A stretch of 64,000 bases of DNA from an uncultured Syntrophaceae bacterium (GTDB lineage: Bacteria > Desulfobacterota > Syntrophia > Syntrophales > UBA2192): NCBI GenBank assembly GCA_964628025.1, contig CAZVLL010000012.1, positions 12,784 through 76,783 of the forward strand, read 5' to 3'. Below are positions 8,491 through 18,017 of the stretch, piece after piece (positions within the stretch are counted from its first letter, which is position 1; the number at the start of each line of letters is the position of its first letter). A program made the position numbers and the translations under genes. The notes under the pieces were generated by a model, which worked only from the letters and a program-made list of their open reading frames with translations, made no database searches and was not told the DNA's origin.

Positions 8491-10613
8491 TTGGGCGTTT
8501 TCTCCCGCATGAGTTCCTCTTTCCGGATCCCTCCCTTGCTGGTCTCGGACATGTTGTCGACGAAGCCTGAGGTCACCGATGCCGCCTCCTCGGCCGATCG
8601 GATGACGCGCGGGGTCAGCAGGATGATGAGTTCCTGCCGGCTGTCCGAGTCATCCCAGGACCCGAAGGCCCAGCCGATGAGCGGAATCCGGGACAGGAAC
8701 GGGATGCCGGAGGCCGACTTGGTCTTGTCTTCCCGGATCAGGCCGCCGATGACGATGGTCTGGTTGTTCTGGACCACCACGTTGGTCGTGGCGTCCGTCT
8801 TGTTGATGATGATCTGCTTGTCGGCAATCCCGAGGGTGATCGTCTCGAAGGTTGACACTTCCTGGTAGATTTCGAGGGAGACAAGCCCGCCTTCATTGAC
8901 CCGTGGCTTCACCTTGAGGATGATACCGATGTCGCGATACTGGATTGTCTGCACCGGTGAGACGCCTGGAGTGCCGTAGGTCTGGGAGGTCACCAGGGGG
9001 ACTGCCTGGCCCACCTGGATCTTTGCCTCCCGGTTGTCGGAGACAAGGATGTGAGGGGTGGCCAGCAGCTTGGCTTTCGAGTCCGTGGCAAGCGCGGTGA
9101 TCAGCGCACGAACCTCTCCGGATGAATCGGTGCCGAGAAAGGTAAACCCGGTCTGTGACAGCTTTGCCGGATCGGTGGCGCTGAGTGCGCCCGGATTGAC
9201 GCCGAACTTCACGTCAAGGCCCCCGACGGTGCCTTTGAACATGGCCGCGACGCCGAGGCTGAGATTGTCCTTCAGGGTTACGGCGGCGATCATTCCCTCG
9301 ATGACGACCTGCCGGGGCACGATATCGATCCGCTCGATGGTCTTCTTGATCTGGTCGTATTCCTCCGGCGTCGACAGGATGATGATCGTGTTGGTGATCT
9401 CATCGGGAATGATCTTCGTCGACTCCGAGATGAGGGCTTCGCCGCTGGTGGAAGCGCCCAGGGGGGAAATCACCTGGGCCTGAGCGGGAGGGAGAGAAGC
9501 GGTGGCTGGCTGACCTGCTGACGGTGTCGTTGTCGTTCTTGCCGGCGCCCTTTCGACAGGCTGGCTCTTGGCGCCCGTGTAAACCTGCTGCAACAGGCCG
9601 GCGATATCCTTCGCCTTACCGTTCTGGACGTGGTGGACAAAGACCTGGGGCCGCTTTTTCAGCTGTTCGTTGTCGAAAATTTCGATGAGCCGCAGAAGCC
9701 TCTTCACGTTGGCGTCGGTATCGGCGATAATGATCTGGTTGCCCTTCGGGACATCGAGCAGTACGGCATTGGCCGATACGAAGGGCTGGATCAGCTTGAC
9801 CAGCTCCGTGGACGTGATGTACTGGACGGGAACGACCTGAAGCAGGGCCTTGCCGGTGACGAGAATCTTGGCGGGGTCCCTTCCGTGACCCACGGGCGAG
9901 GGCTCCCGGGAAATGTCGCTGATGGGGATAATCCGGTAAAGCCCGTTCTCTTCGATGATGCCGATGCCGTTGAGCCGGAAGATGACCTCCATGAGGGGAA
10001 GCACATTCTCGGCCGCGATGGGCGCCACGGAGCGGAAGGTAACTCTGCCCTTGACGCGGGCATCGACGACGTAATTGACCTTGAGCACGTCGCCGAAAAC
10101 GGTCTGGATGATGGTGTAGACGTCGGCATCGTCAAAGTTCAGATTGACCATGCCCCGCCGTGGCGCCACGGGGGGGATACCTGCCGGACTTCCGGGAGGT
10201 TGCCCGAGAACCGTCGAGCCGGGGCCGGGCGGCTGCGGCATTGTCGTCGACGGGACCGGCAGCGGCGCTCCGCCGGGTTGCATGGGTCCGGGGGCTTTAT
10301 CCTGAGCCGACCCGCCAGGCTGCTGCGGCATCGTGACGGCATTCCGGGATGGTGCAGGCGGAACGGATGCCTTTTCCGGTGCTGTCTGCGAGGGGATCGC
10401 ATCGGCAGGGACCTGCGGGAGCACCGAGGAACCCTGTGCCGGGGCGGCCGGCGTCAAGGGTGCAACGGATGGCGGCCCAGGCGGCGCCGCTTCGGGGGTC
10501 GCGGTCCAGAAGATCAGCAATGCGGACACGATCGGAGCAATGAGTATCAACAGGGTGCGACGGGGACTGGTAGTCACGAAGCCCCTCCTTTGCAATGGGT
10601 TGTTGAAAGTCAT
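8487..10613 (-). CDS. gspD: Type II secretion secretin D with a long Pro-rich N-terminal linker
   Basis: VNLNFDDADV N0 domain, DIVPRQVVIEG, secretin core (LLATPHILVSDNREAKIQVG; GIPFLSRIPLIG). Start at the ATGA overlap with the gspG stop. Confidence 0.95.
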   Translation of the reverse strand: MTFNNPLQRRGFVTTSPRRTLLILIAPIVSALLIFWTATPEAAPPGPPSVAPLTPAAPAQGSSVLPQVPADAIPSQTAPEKASVPPAPSRNAVTMPQQPGGSAQDKAPGPMQPGGAPLPVPSTTMPQPPGPGSTVLGQPPGSPAGIPPVAPRRGMVNLNFDDADVYTIIQTVFGDVLKVNYVVDARVKGRVTFRSVAPIAAENVLPLMEVIFRLNGIGIIEENGLYRIIPISDISREPSPVGHGRDPAKILVTGKALLQVVPVQYITSTELVKLIQPFVSANAVLLDVPKGNQIIIADTDANVKRLLRLIEIFDNEQLKKRPQVFVHHVQNGKAKDIAGLLQQVYTGAKSQPVERAPARTTTTPSAGQPATASLPPAQAQVISPLGASTSGEALISESTKIIPDEITNTIIILSTPEEYDQIKKTIERIDIVPRQVVIEGMIAAVTLKDNLSLGVAAMFKGTVGGLDVKFGVNPGALSATDPAKLSQTGFTFLGTDSSGEVRALITALATDSKAKLLATPHILVSDNREAKIQVGQAVPLVTSQTYGTPGVSPVQTIQYRDIGIILKVKPRVNEGGLVSLEIYQEVSTFETITLGIADKQIIINKTDATTNVVVQNNQTIVIGGLIREDKTKSASGIPFLSRIPLIGWAFGSWDDSDSRQELIILLTPRVIRSAEEAASVTSGFVDNMSETSKGGIRKEELMREKTPK

Positions 10614-11038
10614 TTCCAGCTTGCTACGTCGGCCGCTTCGCCCTCTCCCCCCGGCGCCCCGTCGGAGCCCAGGGAATAGAGGTCGTATTCGCCGTGTGTT
10701 CCGGGCTGCTGGTAGAGATAGGCCCGTCCCCAGGGGTCGACGGGCAATTCCTTCTTCAGGTAGGGGCCTTCCCACTTCTCGATGCCGGGATTCACCATGA
10801 GCGCGTTGAGACCCTCCTGTGTGGAGGGATAGCGCCCGACGTCGAGCCGGAGCTGGTCCAGTGCCTGCCCGAGGAGCTCGATCTGGGCCTTGGCGGCAGA
10901 TTGTTTTCCCTTGCCCAGTTTGGGAAACAGTCTCGGTCCTACCAGGGCTGCGATGAGGCCGATGATGACCATAACGACGAGGAGCTCCACCAGCGTGAAC
11001 CCCCGGTCAGGACATTTCCGCAAACCCTGTAACATCAT
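10610..11038 (-). CDS. gspG: Type II secretion major pseudopilin G
   Basis: RG|FTLVELLVVMVII, GRYPSTQEGLNAL, GPYLKKELPVDPWG, SLGSDGAPGG; AGGGGAGG RBS before ATG 11038. Confidence 0.96.
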   Translation of the reverse strand: MMLQGLRKCPDRGFTLVELLVVMVIIGLIAALVGPRLFPKLGKGKQSAAKAQIELLGQALDQLRLDVGRYPSTQEGLNALMVNPGIEKWEGPYLKKELPVDPWGRAYLYQQPGTHGEYDLYSLGSDGAPGGEGEAADVASWK

Positions 11039-11311
11039 GAAGCCTCCCCTCGGCATGCATCGGTGGTCGGCGTCTTGCGCTCGATGGCCGGGTATTCATA
11101 TTCAATAGGGAATTCGAGCCCGATTCACCATCGGCTGGAGGCTGAAGCCCTTGGCCGAAAAGTCTTAATTTTCCCTAAGCATATGGATGATCACAGGCAC
11201 AGACATTTCTTTAACATGCACAACATCCCTTGACAACAGGGAAAAGCTGTGACGTGATACCACCGACAGCCGCTGATGGCCGAGACACCCGGGGTGTAGG
11301 AGGAGCGTCGG

Positions 11312-14104
11312 TTGCACGGAGGTTTATCCCGGGAAGTGAGGGACGATATGGACAGCGGTCCTTGCGAAACGCTTGATTCGCTTATGAGACGAAAGGGCAG
11401 GATCGTCCCTGTGCCGATCTATGCCCTGGCTCTTCTTTCCCTTGTTTTCTATCTGGTTCCGGCGATGCGGACCACCGCATACGAAACGCCCTACCTGCTT
11501 TTGGCCATAAACATTCTTTTTGTGACACCGGTCTCCCTGTGGGTCGCCGCTATGGCCCTTCGGGCTTATCTGGCCAGCGGGTTTGACCGAATCCTCTTCG
11601 CGGGAAGCGCTGTCCTGGTCTTCGGGATCACCAGCCTGATCGCCAGCCTTCACGTTCTTGAAATCGATGGGCTGAATCACGCGGTGACGATTCATAACCT
11701 GGGAGTCCTCTGTGCCGCGGTCCTTCACTTCATGGGGTGTCTGCAGCGTCTCTGGCTGGGTGTTCCGAGGGGAAGCCTGCCGGTCAGGGTGTTTTCGGTC
11801 GCACGAAGCTACGGGGGCGTCCTGGTCTTGATGGGCCTCACCTGGGCGGCGATTGAGGGTGAGATACTCCCGCCCTTCGTAGTGCCGGGAGGCGAAATCA
11901 CGCACATCCGCCTGCTTGTGCTTACCGTTTCCATTCTCATTTTTTCGTTTAGTGCCCTTCTCGTGGATTACGAATTCAGAAAGATGCGGATTTTTTTTCT
12001 GCGGGTGTACGGTTTCGGGCTTGCTCTCATTGCGCTCGGTCTTTTGGGGGTTACTCTTGCGACCCCGGGCAGCATTCTGAGCTGGACAGGCCGATTCGCG
12101 CAGTATCTGGGCAATATCTACTTCTTTCTTGCCGCCATGATCCTCGTCCGGGAGGCACGACGGGAAGGCCTGGATATCGCGGAAGCCATCGCCGAGTTCT
12201 TCCTGCGTTCGGAGAGCCAGTACAGGGCGCTCGTAGATGCCTCCGCAAGCGCCATCATCTCCGTTGATACGGCGGGGAAGGTCTTTCTGTGGAACCCGGC
12301 GGCCGAAGCCTGCTTCGGGTTCTCGGCCGAGGACGCGGCCGGTCTGGATCTGCCGGAGCAGTTCGTCCCGCCGGAAGCCCGCGGGACCCTGCGCGATGCC
12401 ATGGCGAAAGACGAGACCACCCGGACCGAGATGACATTGCAACGACGGGACGGAAGAAGCTTTCCCGCGGGCATGTCCATTTATTCAACCGGGACGGGTC
12501 GAACCAAGGCTACGACATTCATTATCCGCGACATCTCCGAGCGCAAGGCGGCAAAAGAAGCCTTGCGCCTGAGCGAGCAGCGTTACCGCAGCCTTTTCAG
12601 CGAGATGACGGAAGGCTTTGCTCTTCATGAGATCATTCTGGACGATTGGGGCAAAGCCGTCGACTATCGTTTTCTGGAGGTCAACCCTGCCTTTGAGCGC
12701 TTAACCGGCCTGAAGGCTCAGGACGTGGTCGGGAAAACCGTCATCGAGGTTATGCCCGGCACTGAGCCGCACTGGGTTGAGACCTACGGCGAGGTCGCCC
12801 TTACGGGCAGGGCGGTCCATTTCGAAAATCATTCCTCGGCGCTCAATAAAGACTTCGAGGTATTCGCCTATCGACCCGCCCAGGGTCATTTCGCCACCGT
12901 CTTCCTGGACATTACCGACCGCAAGCGGGTCGAGCGAGCCCTGCGAATAACTACCGAAGATCTCAGCCTCGCCCAATCCGTGGCCCAGACGGGGAGCTGG
13001 CGGATGAACGTGCAGAAAAACGAGCTTCTCTGGTCCGACGAGAACCACCTGATTTTCGGAATTCTGAAGGGGACCCCCCTGACATACGAAACATTTCTGG
13101 CCACCATTCACCCCGATGACCGTGAATACGTTGACAGGAGATGGATGGCCGCTCTGTCGGGTGAACACTATGACATCGAGCACCGCATCGTTGTCGACGG
13201 CAGGGTGAAGTGGGTCCGCGAAGTGGCCATACTGGAGGTCGACGATAAAGGCGCCCTGCTGGGCGGGTTCGGGACCACGCAGGACATCACCGAGCGGAAG
13301 CAGATCGAGGAGGCACTGCGCAAGGCGAAGGAGAACCTCGAGGAGAAAGTCCACGAAAGGACAGAAGAGCTGGTGGCTCTCACGGAGGATCTCATCGCAA
13401 GCCGCGACCGCCTCCGCGTGCTGGCTTCTGAGCTTTCCCTGGCAGAGGAGAAAGAGCGAAAGCGGATCGCGGTGCTTCTCCACGATGAGGTGGCGCAAAC
13501 CCTCGCTGCGGCAAAAATGCGACTCGACTTCCTGCAGGCGGACGGGGGGCAGGAGTATGGCCGGAATGCGATGGGTGACATCGGCGATCTTCTGGCAAAG
13601 GCGATCCGGGAAACCCGGTCCCTGATGACGGACATCAGCCCCCCGCTGCTTTTCGACATGGGTCTGGCTGCAGCCTGCGAAGCGCTGGCGGAGCGACTGA
13701 TGGCCAAGCACAACATCCTGATCAACTGCGACATCCGGAGGGCCTTCGAGAACCTCGGCCAGGAGATGAGAATCCTCATTTTCCAGGCGATCCGGGAACT
13801 CTTGATCAATGCCGTGAAGCACAGCGGTGCCCGGAATATCCACGTCACGGTCGAGGAACATAACGGGGCCCTTCTGGTCAGAGTGAACGACGACGGGGCG
13901 GGGTTCGACCCGCAGGCTCTCGGGGCTCCCAGCGATGCCGGCGGATTCGGGCTCTTCAGCATCCGGGAACGCCTGATGGCTTTCAATGGGATCATGCAAA
14001 TCGAATCGGACCCGAAGGCAGGTACCCAGGTGACAATTGTCATGCCCCGTAAGGCGGAAGTCCGGAAAAAGAAGAAAAACACACGCAACAAGATCACCCG
14101 CTGA
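11312..14104 (+). CDS. Membrane-bound PAS/PAC sensor histidine kinase (MASE3-like TM region, about 3 PAS domains, HisKA_3/NarX-type kinase)
   Basis: About 8 TM helices; PAS motifs; H-box LLHDEVAQTL, N-box ELLINAVKHS, G-boxes DDGAGF and GFGLFSIRERL. AGGAGGAG RBS before the TTG start. Confidence 0.92.
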   Translation: MHGGLSREVRDDMDSGPCETLDSLMRRKGRIVPVPIYALALLSLVFYLVPAMRTTAYETPYLLLAINILFVTPVSLWVAAMALRAYLASGFDRILFAGSAVLVFGITSLIASLHVLEIDGLNHAVTIHNLGVLCAAVLHFMGCLQRLWLGVPRGSLPVRVFSVARSYGGVLVLMGLTWAAIEGEILPPFVVPGGEITHIRLLVLTVSILIFSFSALLVDYEFRKMRIFFLRVYGFGLALIALGLLGVTLATPGSILSWTGRFAQYLGNIYFFLAAMILVREARREGLDIAEAIAEFFLRSESQYRALVDASASAIISVDTAGKVFLWNPAAEACFGFSAEDAAGLDLPEQFVPPEARGTLRDAMAKDETTRTEMTLQRRDGRSFPAGMSIYSTGTGRTKATTFIIRDISERKAAKEALRLSEQRYRSLFSEMTEGFALHEIILDDWGKAVDYRFLEVNPAFERLTGLKAQDVVGKTVIEVMPGTEPHWVETYGEVALTGRAVHFENHSSALNKDFEVFAYRPAQGHFATVFLDITDRKRVERALRITTEDLSLAQSVAQTGSWRMNVQKNELLWSDENHLIFGILKGTPLTYETFLATIHPDDREYVDRRWMAALSGEHYDIEHRIVVDGRVKWVREVAILEVDDKGALLGGFGTTQDITERKQIEEALRKAKENLEEKVHERTEELVALTEDLIASRDRLRVLASELSLAEEKERKRIAVLLHDEVAQTLAAAKMRLDFLQADGGQEYGRNAMGDIGDLLAKAIRETRSLMTDISPPLLFDMGLAAACEALAERLMAKHNILINCDIRRAFENLGQEMRILIFQAIRELLINAVKHSGARNIHVTVEEHNGALLVRVNDDGAGFDPQALGAPSDAGGFGLFSIRERLMAFNGIMQIESDPKAGTQVTIVMPRKAEVRKKKKNTRNKITR

Positions 14105-14195
14105 CTCCCTTAGAGTACCCTCATACATTTCGAGCATGGAAATCCGTCGCCACCCGATGGCGGCCTTGCCCTGAAGCTGGTATGGAAGCACAGAA

Positions 14196-14555
14196 GTGCA
14201 GATCGTCTTCGCTGCAATCCGAGGGGAAAACGTGTTTCGCGGGAAAGACGAACAAACAGAATTCCGAGCAGTGCCGCCCGATGGAGCTGAGCGCGCCGGC
14301 GCCGTGCAGGATCTTCCCGTAAAGGTAAAAATGTGGACGGGTGTCGGGGCCATTGTCGTGGCCGTCTCCATCCCGGGCGTCGATCCCGATGACATGGAGT
14401 GCACCATCGGAGGAAACTGCCTGCAGATCAGGGGGGCGGGCCTGAGACGGGACTTCTGTCACGACATCCAGCTTCCCTGTACCATTGAAAACCAGCCGAT
14501 CATCATCAGCCAGGAGAAAAGCGAAGGCACCGTCTATCTCATGCTGAAAAAGTGA
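14196..14555 (+). CDS. Hsp20/alpha-crystallin-like small protein (divergent)
   Basis: IVVAVSIPGVDPDDMECTIGGNCLQIRG...IQLPCTI resembles the Hsp20 core. Start codon uncertain. Confidence 0.6.
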   Translation: MQIVFAAIRGENVFRGKDEQTEFRAVPPDGAERAGAVQDLPVKVKMWTGVGAIVVAVSIPGVDPDDMECTIGGNCLQIRGAGLRRDFCHDIQLPCTIENQPIIISQEKSEGTVYLMLKK

Positions 14556-14591
14556 CCCGGTGATTCCTCGCAAGACCGCAAGGCAAATCGA

Positions 14592-17126
14592 ATGCCACAG
14601 ATCGTGGATGCCCCCGACCGATTCTGGGCCGTATCGTCTCCGGATCTGATTCGTTCACTTCAGAGCACGGCGCAAGGCCTGTCGGCCGGCGAAGCGGCTC
14701 GTCGTCTCGCTTCCGGCGGAAAAAATATCCTGGAGACGAAGAAACGGACGGATATTCCCGCACTGCTTCTCTCGCAGTTTTCCAGCCCCATCATCCTGAT
14801 TCTTGTTTTTGCTGCCGTCGTGTCCATCCTCCTCGGGGATGCCACCGATGCCGTCATCATCCTGATTATCGTCGGGATTAGCGGACTGCTCGGTTTCTGG
14901 CAGGAACGGGGGGCCGCCCATGCCATGGAGAAGCTTCTTGCGATCGTCGAGGTGAAGGCGACGGTGCTTCGCGATCAAGCCGAGACGGTGGTTCTCCTCG
15001 AAGACGTGGTGCCGGGCGACGTCACCCTGCTGCGGGCCGGCAACACGATTCCCGGCGACTGCCTGATCCTGGAATCGAAGGATCTCTTCGTCGATGAAGC
15101 AACCCTCACGGGCGAAACATTCCCCGTTGACAAGTTGATCGGGGTTTTCCCGGAAAACACGCCGCTGGCCGGACGAACCAATGCCCTTTTCATGGGAACG
15201 CACGTGGTGAGCGGCACGGCCCGCGCCCTCGTCGTGAAGACGGGGATCCGGACCGAATTCGGCGGCATCTCGGAGCGGCTTCGGATCCGCCCGCCGGAGA
15301 CGGACTTCGAAGTCGGGGTGCGACGTTTCGGTTTTCTCCTCATGGAGATCACCCTTTTCATCGTCATTCTTATCTTCGGGTTCAACGTCTACCTCAAGCG
15401 GCCCGTCATGGATTCCTTCCTCTTTGCCATGGCGCTTGCGGTGGGGCTGACGCCGCAGCTTCTTCCCGCGATCATTACCGTGAACCTCTCTCATGGGGCC
15501 AGACGGATGGCGGAAAAGCGTGTCATCGTGAAGCGGCTCGCCTCCATCGAGAACTTCGGCAGCATGAACATCCTTTGCTCCGACAAGACAGGGACAATCA
15601 CCGAGGGCACCGTGCGGCTCCACGACGCCCTGGACATTGACGGCAAACGCAGCGAGCGGGTTCTGCTGCACGGCTGGCTCAACTCCTCCTTCGAGACAGG
15701 TTTCCCCAATCCCATCGACGATGCCGTCCGTTCTGCCGGCCGATTTGACATCGCCGGAACCGAGAAGCTCGATGAAGTTCCCTACGACTTTGTGCGCAAA
15801 CGCCTGAGCATCCTCGTTGCAAAGGACGGCAGGCATCTGATGATCACGAAGGGTGCCTTCGGGCACGTGCTCGAGGTCTGCTCGACGGCCGAATCTTCAG
15901 GTGGGCTCTCCGTTGACATGCAGGCCGTCCGCGCAAAGATGGAGGAGCGCTATCAGGATTTGAGCCGGCAGGGATTGCGGGTGCTGGGCGTGGCTGTCCG
16001 CGAACTGGACGAAGCCGTCATCGGGAAGGAAAGCGAAGAAGCCATGACCTTCCTCGGGTTTCTTGTCTTTGAGGACCCTCCCCGGGCAGGCATGGCCGAT
16101 ACGATCAGGAAACTCAGGGATCTCGGGGTCAGCCTGAAAATCATTACGGGCGACAACGGGATTGTCGCCGCCTCCATCGGACGGCAGGTGGGGCTTGACG
16201 GCTCGAAGGTGGTGACGGGCCTCGATCTGCGAACGATGAGCGATGAGGCCCTGGTACGGCGGCTGGTGGATGTGCAGATCTTCGCGGAGATCGAGCCGAA
16301 CCAGAAGGAGCGAATCATCCGCGCCCTGAAGAAGGCGGGAAACGTCGTCGGCTACATGGGTGACGGGATCAACGACGCCTCGGCACTGCATGCCGCCGAT
16401 GTAAGCATCTCCGTCGAAAGCGCCGTGGACGTGGCCAAGGAGGCCGCCGATATCGTTCTTCTGGACCGCAGCCTCGACATTCTCATCGACGGCGTGCGCG
16501 AGGGGCGAAAGACGTTTGCCAATACGATGAAGTACGTTTTCATGGCCACGAGCGCCAATTTCGGCAACATGTTCAGCATGGCAGGCGCCTCGCTTTTTCT
16601 TTCCTTTTTGCCGCTGTTGCCCAAACAGATCCTGCTGACGAACCTGATGACGGATTTTCCCGAGATGACCAGCTCCACGGACAGTGTGGATAGCGAGCTT
16701 GTCGAGCGGCCGCAGCGCTGGGACATCCGGTTTATCCGAAACTTTATGATCGTCTTCGGCGTCCTCAGCTCGGTCTTCGACTATCTGACGTTTGGCGTTC
16801 TTCTGTTCATCCTCGAAGCCACGCCGGAACTCTTCCGGACGGGGTGGTTCATGGAATCCGTCGTTTCGGCCTCGATGATCGTGCTCGTGATCCGGACCCG
16901 CAAGCCCTTTTTCCGGAGCCTGCCGGGGCGACTGCTTTTCATGGCCACGCTGACCGTAAGCGCTGCCGCGGTGCTCCTGCCCTTCACCCCGCTGGGCTCC
17001 CTTTTCGAATTCATTCCGATTCCGCTTCCGTTCATTGCCCTCATGGGCGCAATCGTGCTGCTCTACGTGCTGGCGGCGGAGCTGGCGAAGCGATGGTTCT
17101 ACGCCCGCATGTCATCGCCGCGTTAA
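14592..17126 (+). CDS. mgtA: Magnesium-translocating P-type ATPase
   Basis: TGET, phosphorylation site CSDKTGT, AVGLTPQLLP (subclass IIIB), KGA, GDGINDA, SANFGNMFS. Confidence 0.95.
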   Translation: MPQIVDAPDRFWAVSSPDLIRSLQSTAQGLSAGEAARRLASGGKNILETKKRTDIPALLLSQFSSPIILILVFAAVVSILLGDATDAVIILIIVGISGLLGFWQERGAAHAMEKLLAIVEVKATVLRDQAETVVLLEDVVPGDVTLLRAGNTIPGDCLILESKDLFVDEATLTGETFPVDKLIGVFPENTPLAGRTNALFMGTHVVSGTARALVVKTGIRTEFGGISERLRIRPPETDFEVGVRRFGFLLMEITLFIVILIFGFNVYLKRPVMDSFLFAMALAVGLTPQLLPAIITVNLSHGARRMAEKRVIVKRLASIENFGSMNILCSDKTGTITEGTVRLHDALDIDGKRSERVLLHGWLNSSFETGFPNPIDDAVRSAGRFDIAGTEKLDEVPYDFVRKRLSILVAKDGRHLMITKGAFGHVLEVCSTAESSGGLSVDMQAVRAKMEERYQDLSRQGLRVLGVAVRELDEAVIGKESEEAMTFLGFLVFEDPPRAGMADTIRKLRDLGVSLKIITGDNGIVAASIGRQVGLDGSKVVTGLDLRTMSDEALVRRLVDVQIFAEIEPNQKERIIRALKKAGNVVGYMGDGINDASALHAADVSISVESAVDVAKEAADIVLLDRSLDILIDGVREGRKTFANTMKYVFMATSANFGNMFSMAGASLFLSFLPLLPKQILLTNLMTDFPEMTSSTDSVDSELVERPQRWDIRFIRNFMIVFGVLSSVFDYLTFGVLLFILEATPELFRTGWFMESVVSASMIVLVIRTRKPFFRSLPGRLLFMATLTVSAAAVLLPFTPLGSLFEFIPIPLPFIALMGAIVLLYVLAAELAKRWFYARMSSPR

Positions 17127-17803
17127 CGCTCCATCCGCTGCCCGGTTCGTCCCGTCAGTCCCCGGATGTCGCTCCACCCGAGCCGGCAAGCCGCCAGGGC
17201 AACGGCAACGATTCCCAGAACGGCAGTCGGCATGGAGAGAACATCCTCCGGCAGATATTCGTAGAGGCCCCAGAACCCGAAGAGAATGAAGATGATTGCC
17301 GCGACCCATTTGACGGCCCTTTCCGGTATCTTTTTCCCCATCACAATCCCGATGCCGATTCCGATGGCATCGGCGATCAGCATGCCCAGCGTGGTTCCTG
17401 TCAAGACGGGCAGCACCGACTGGTATTTTGCCGCCAGCGCTATCGTGGCAAGCTGGGTCTTGTCGCCCATCTCGGCGATGAAAAAAGCGACGGCGACCGT
17501 CCAGAATGGGCTGAAGTGGAATCGCTTGTCTTCGCCGGCGAGTTCGTCTCCCCGGATCGTCCAGAGACCGAAGAGAATGAACGACACCGCGGCGGCGATC
17601 TGGATGTAGCGGATGGGCACGAGAGTTGTCATGTAATTCCCGGCGAGCACCGCGAGGAGATGGTTGAAGATCGTTGCCACGAAAACACCCCACATGACGG
17701 TCGAAGCCTTATAGCGTGTGGCGAATGCCATGGCCAGCAGTTGCGTCTTGTCCCCCATCTCGGCCAGGACGACGAACGCGAGGGAGGCGAGAAAAGCAGT
17801 CAT
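17123..17803 (-). CDS. TMEM165/GDT1 (UPF0016) Mn2+/Ca2+ exporter
   Basis: Two copies of the E-x-G-D-K-T-Q motif (AEMGDKTQL); preceded by a Mn riboswitch. Confidence 0.95.
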   Translation of the reverse strand: MTAFLASLAFVVLAEMGDKTQLLAMAFATRYKASTVMWGVFVATIFNHLLAVLAGNYMTTLVPIRYIQIAAAVSFILFGLWTIRGDELAGEDKRFHFSPFWTVAVAFFIAEMGDKTQLATIALAAKYQSVLPVLTGTTLGMLIADAIGIGIGIVMGKKIPERAVKWVAAIIFILFGFWGLYEYLPEDVLSMPTAVLGIVAVALAACRLGWSDIRGLTGRTGQRMER

Positions 17804-17825
17804 GAGATTTTCCTTTCCAGTGCAT

Positions 17826-17873
17826 AAAAAAGCGAGACCCGGTATGACAATTCGTCACACCGAAGGTCTCGCT
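17826..17873 (-). terminator. Intrinsic terminator forming the riboswitch expression platform
   Basis: Minus strand AGCGAGACC-UU-CGGUGUGAC-GAAUU-GUCAUACCG-GGUCUCGCU followed by a U run. The G-U pair only forms on the minus strand. The 5' arm overlaps the aptamer P1 3' strand. Confidence 0.85.
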
Positions 17874-17950
17874 AATTGGTATTCACCAACGGCAAGGCCA
17901 GGCGTTTCCGCCAGTATGTTGACCATTGCCTCGCTAGCTACTCCCCTTCA
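17861..17950 (-). ncRNA. yybP-ykoY manganese riboswitch aptamer
   Basis: Conserved blocks AAGGGGAGUAGC, GUCAACAUAC, GGC and GCGAGACCUU in the right order, upstream of a TMEM165 exporter. Confidence 0.92.
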
Positions 17951-18017
17951 GGAGAATCTGCTTTATAGGGAAATTCCGGCGTAAGGTCAAGGATTTTCCT
18001 GTATCCCCTTCTTTCGG

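Noticed and set aside
7408-8868. Long plus-strand ORF (486 aa), and similar long antisense ORFs such as 40317..42095, 49860..51542, 62077..63456 and 13168..14097
   Set aside because: They lie antisense to well-supported genes, have no recognisable motifs, and are the usual shadow ORFs of GC-rich coding sequence.
10614-10775. Extended GspD start, and likewise the GspK start at 4240
   Set aside because: These overlap gspG and gspJ; coupled starts at 10613 and 4084 fit better.
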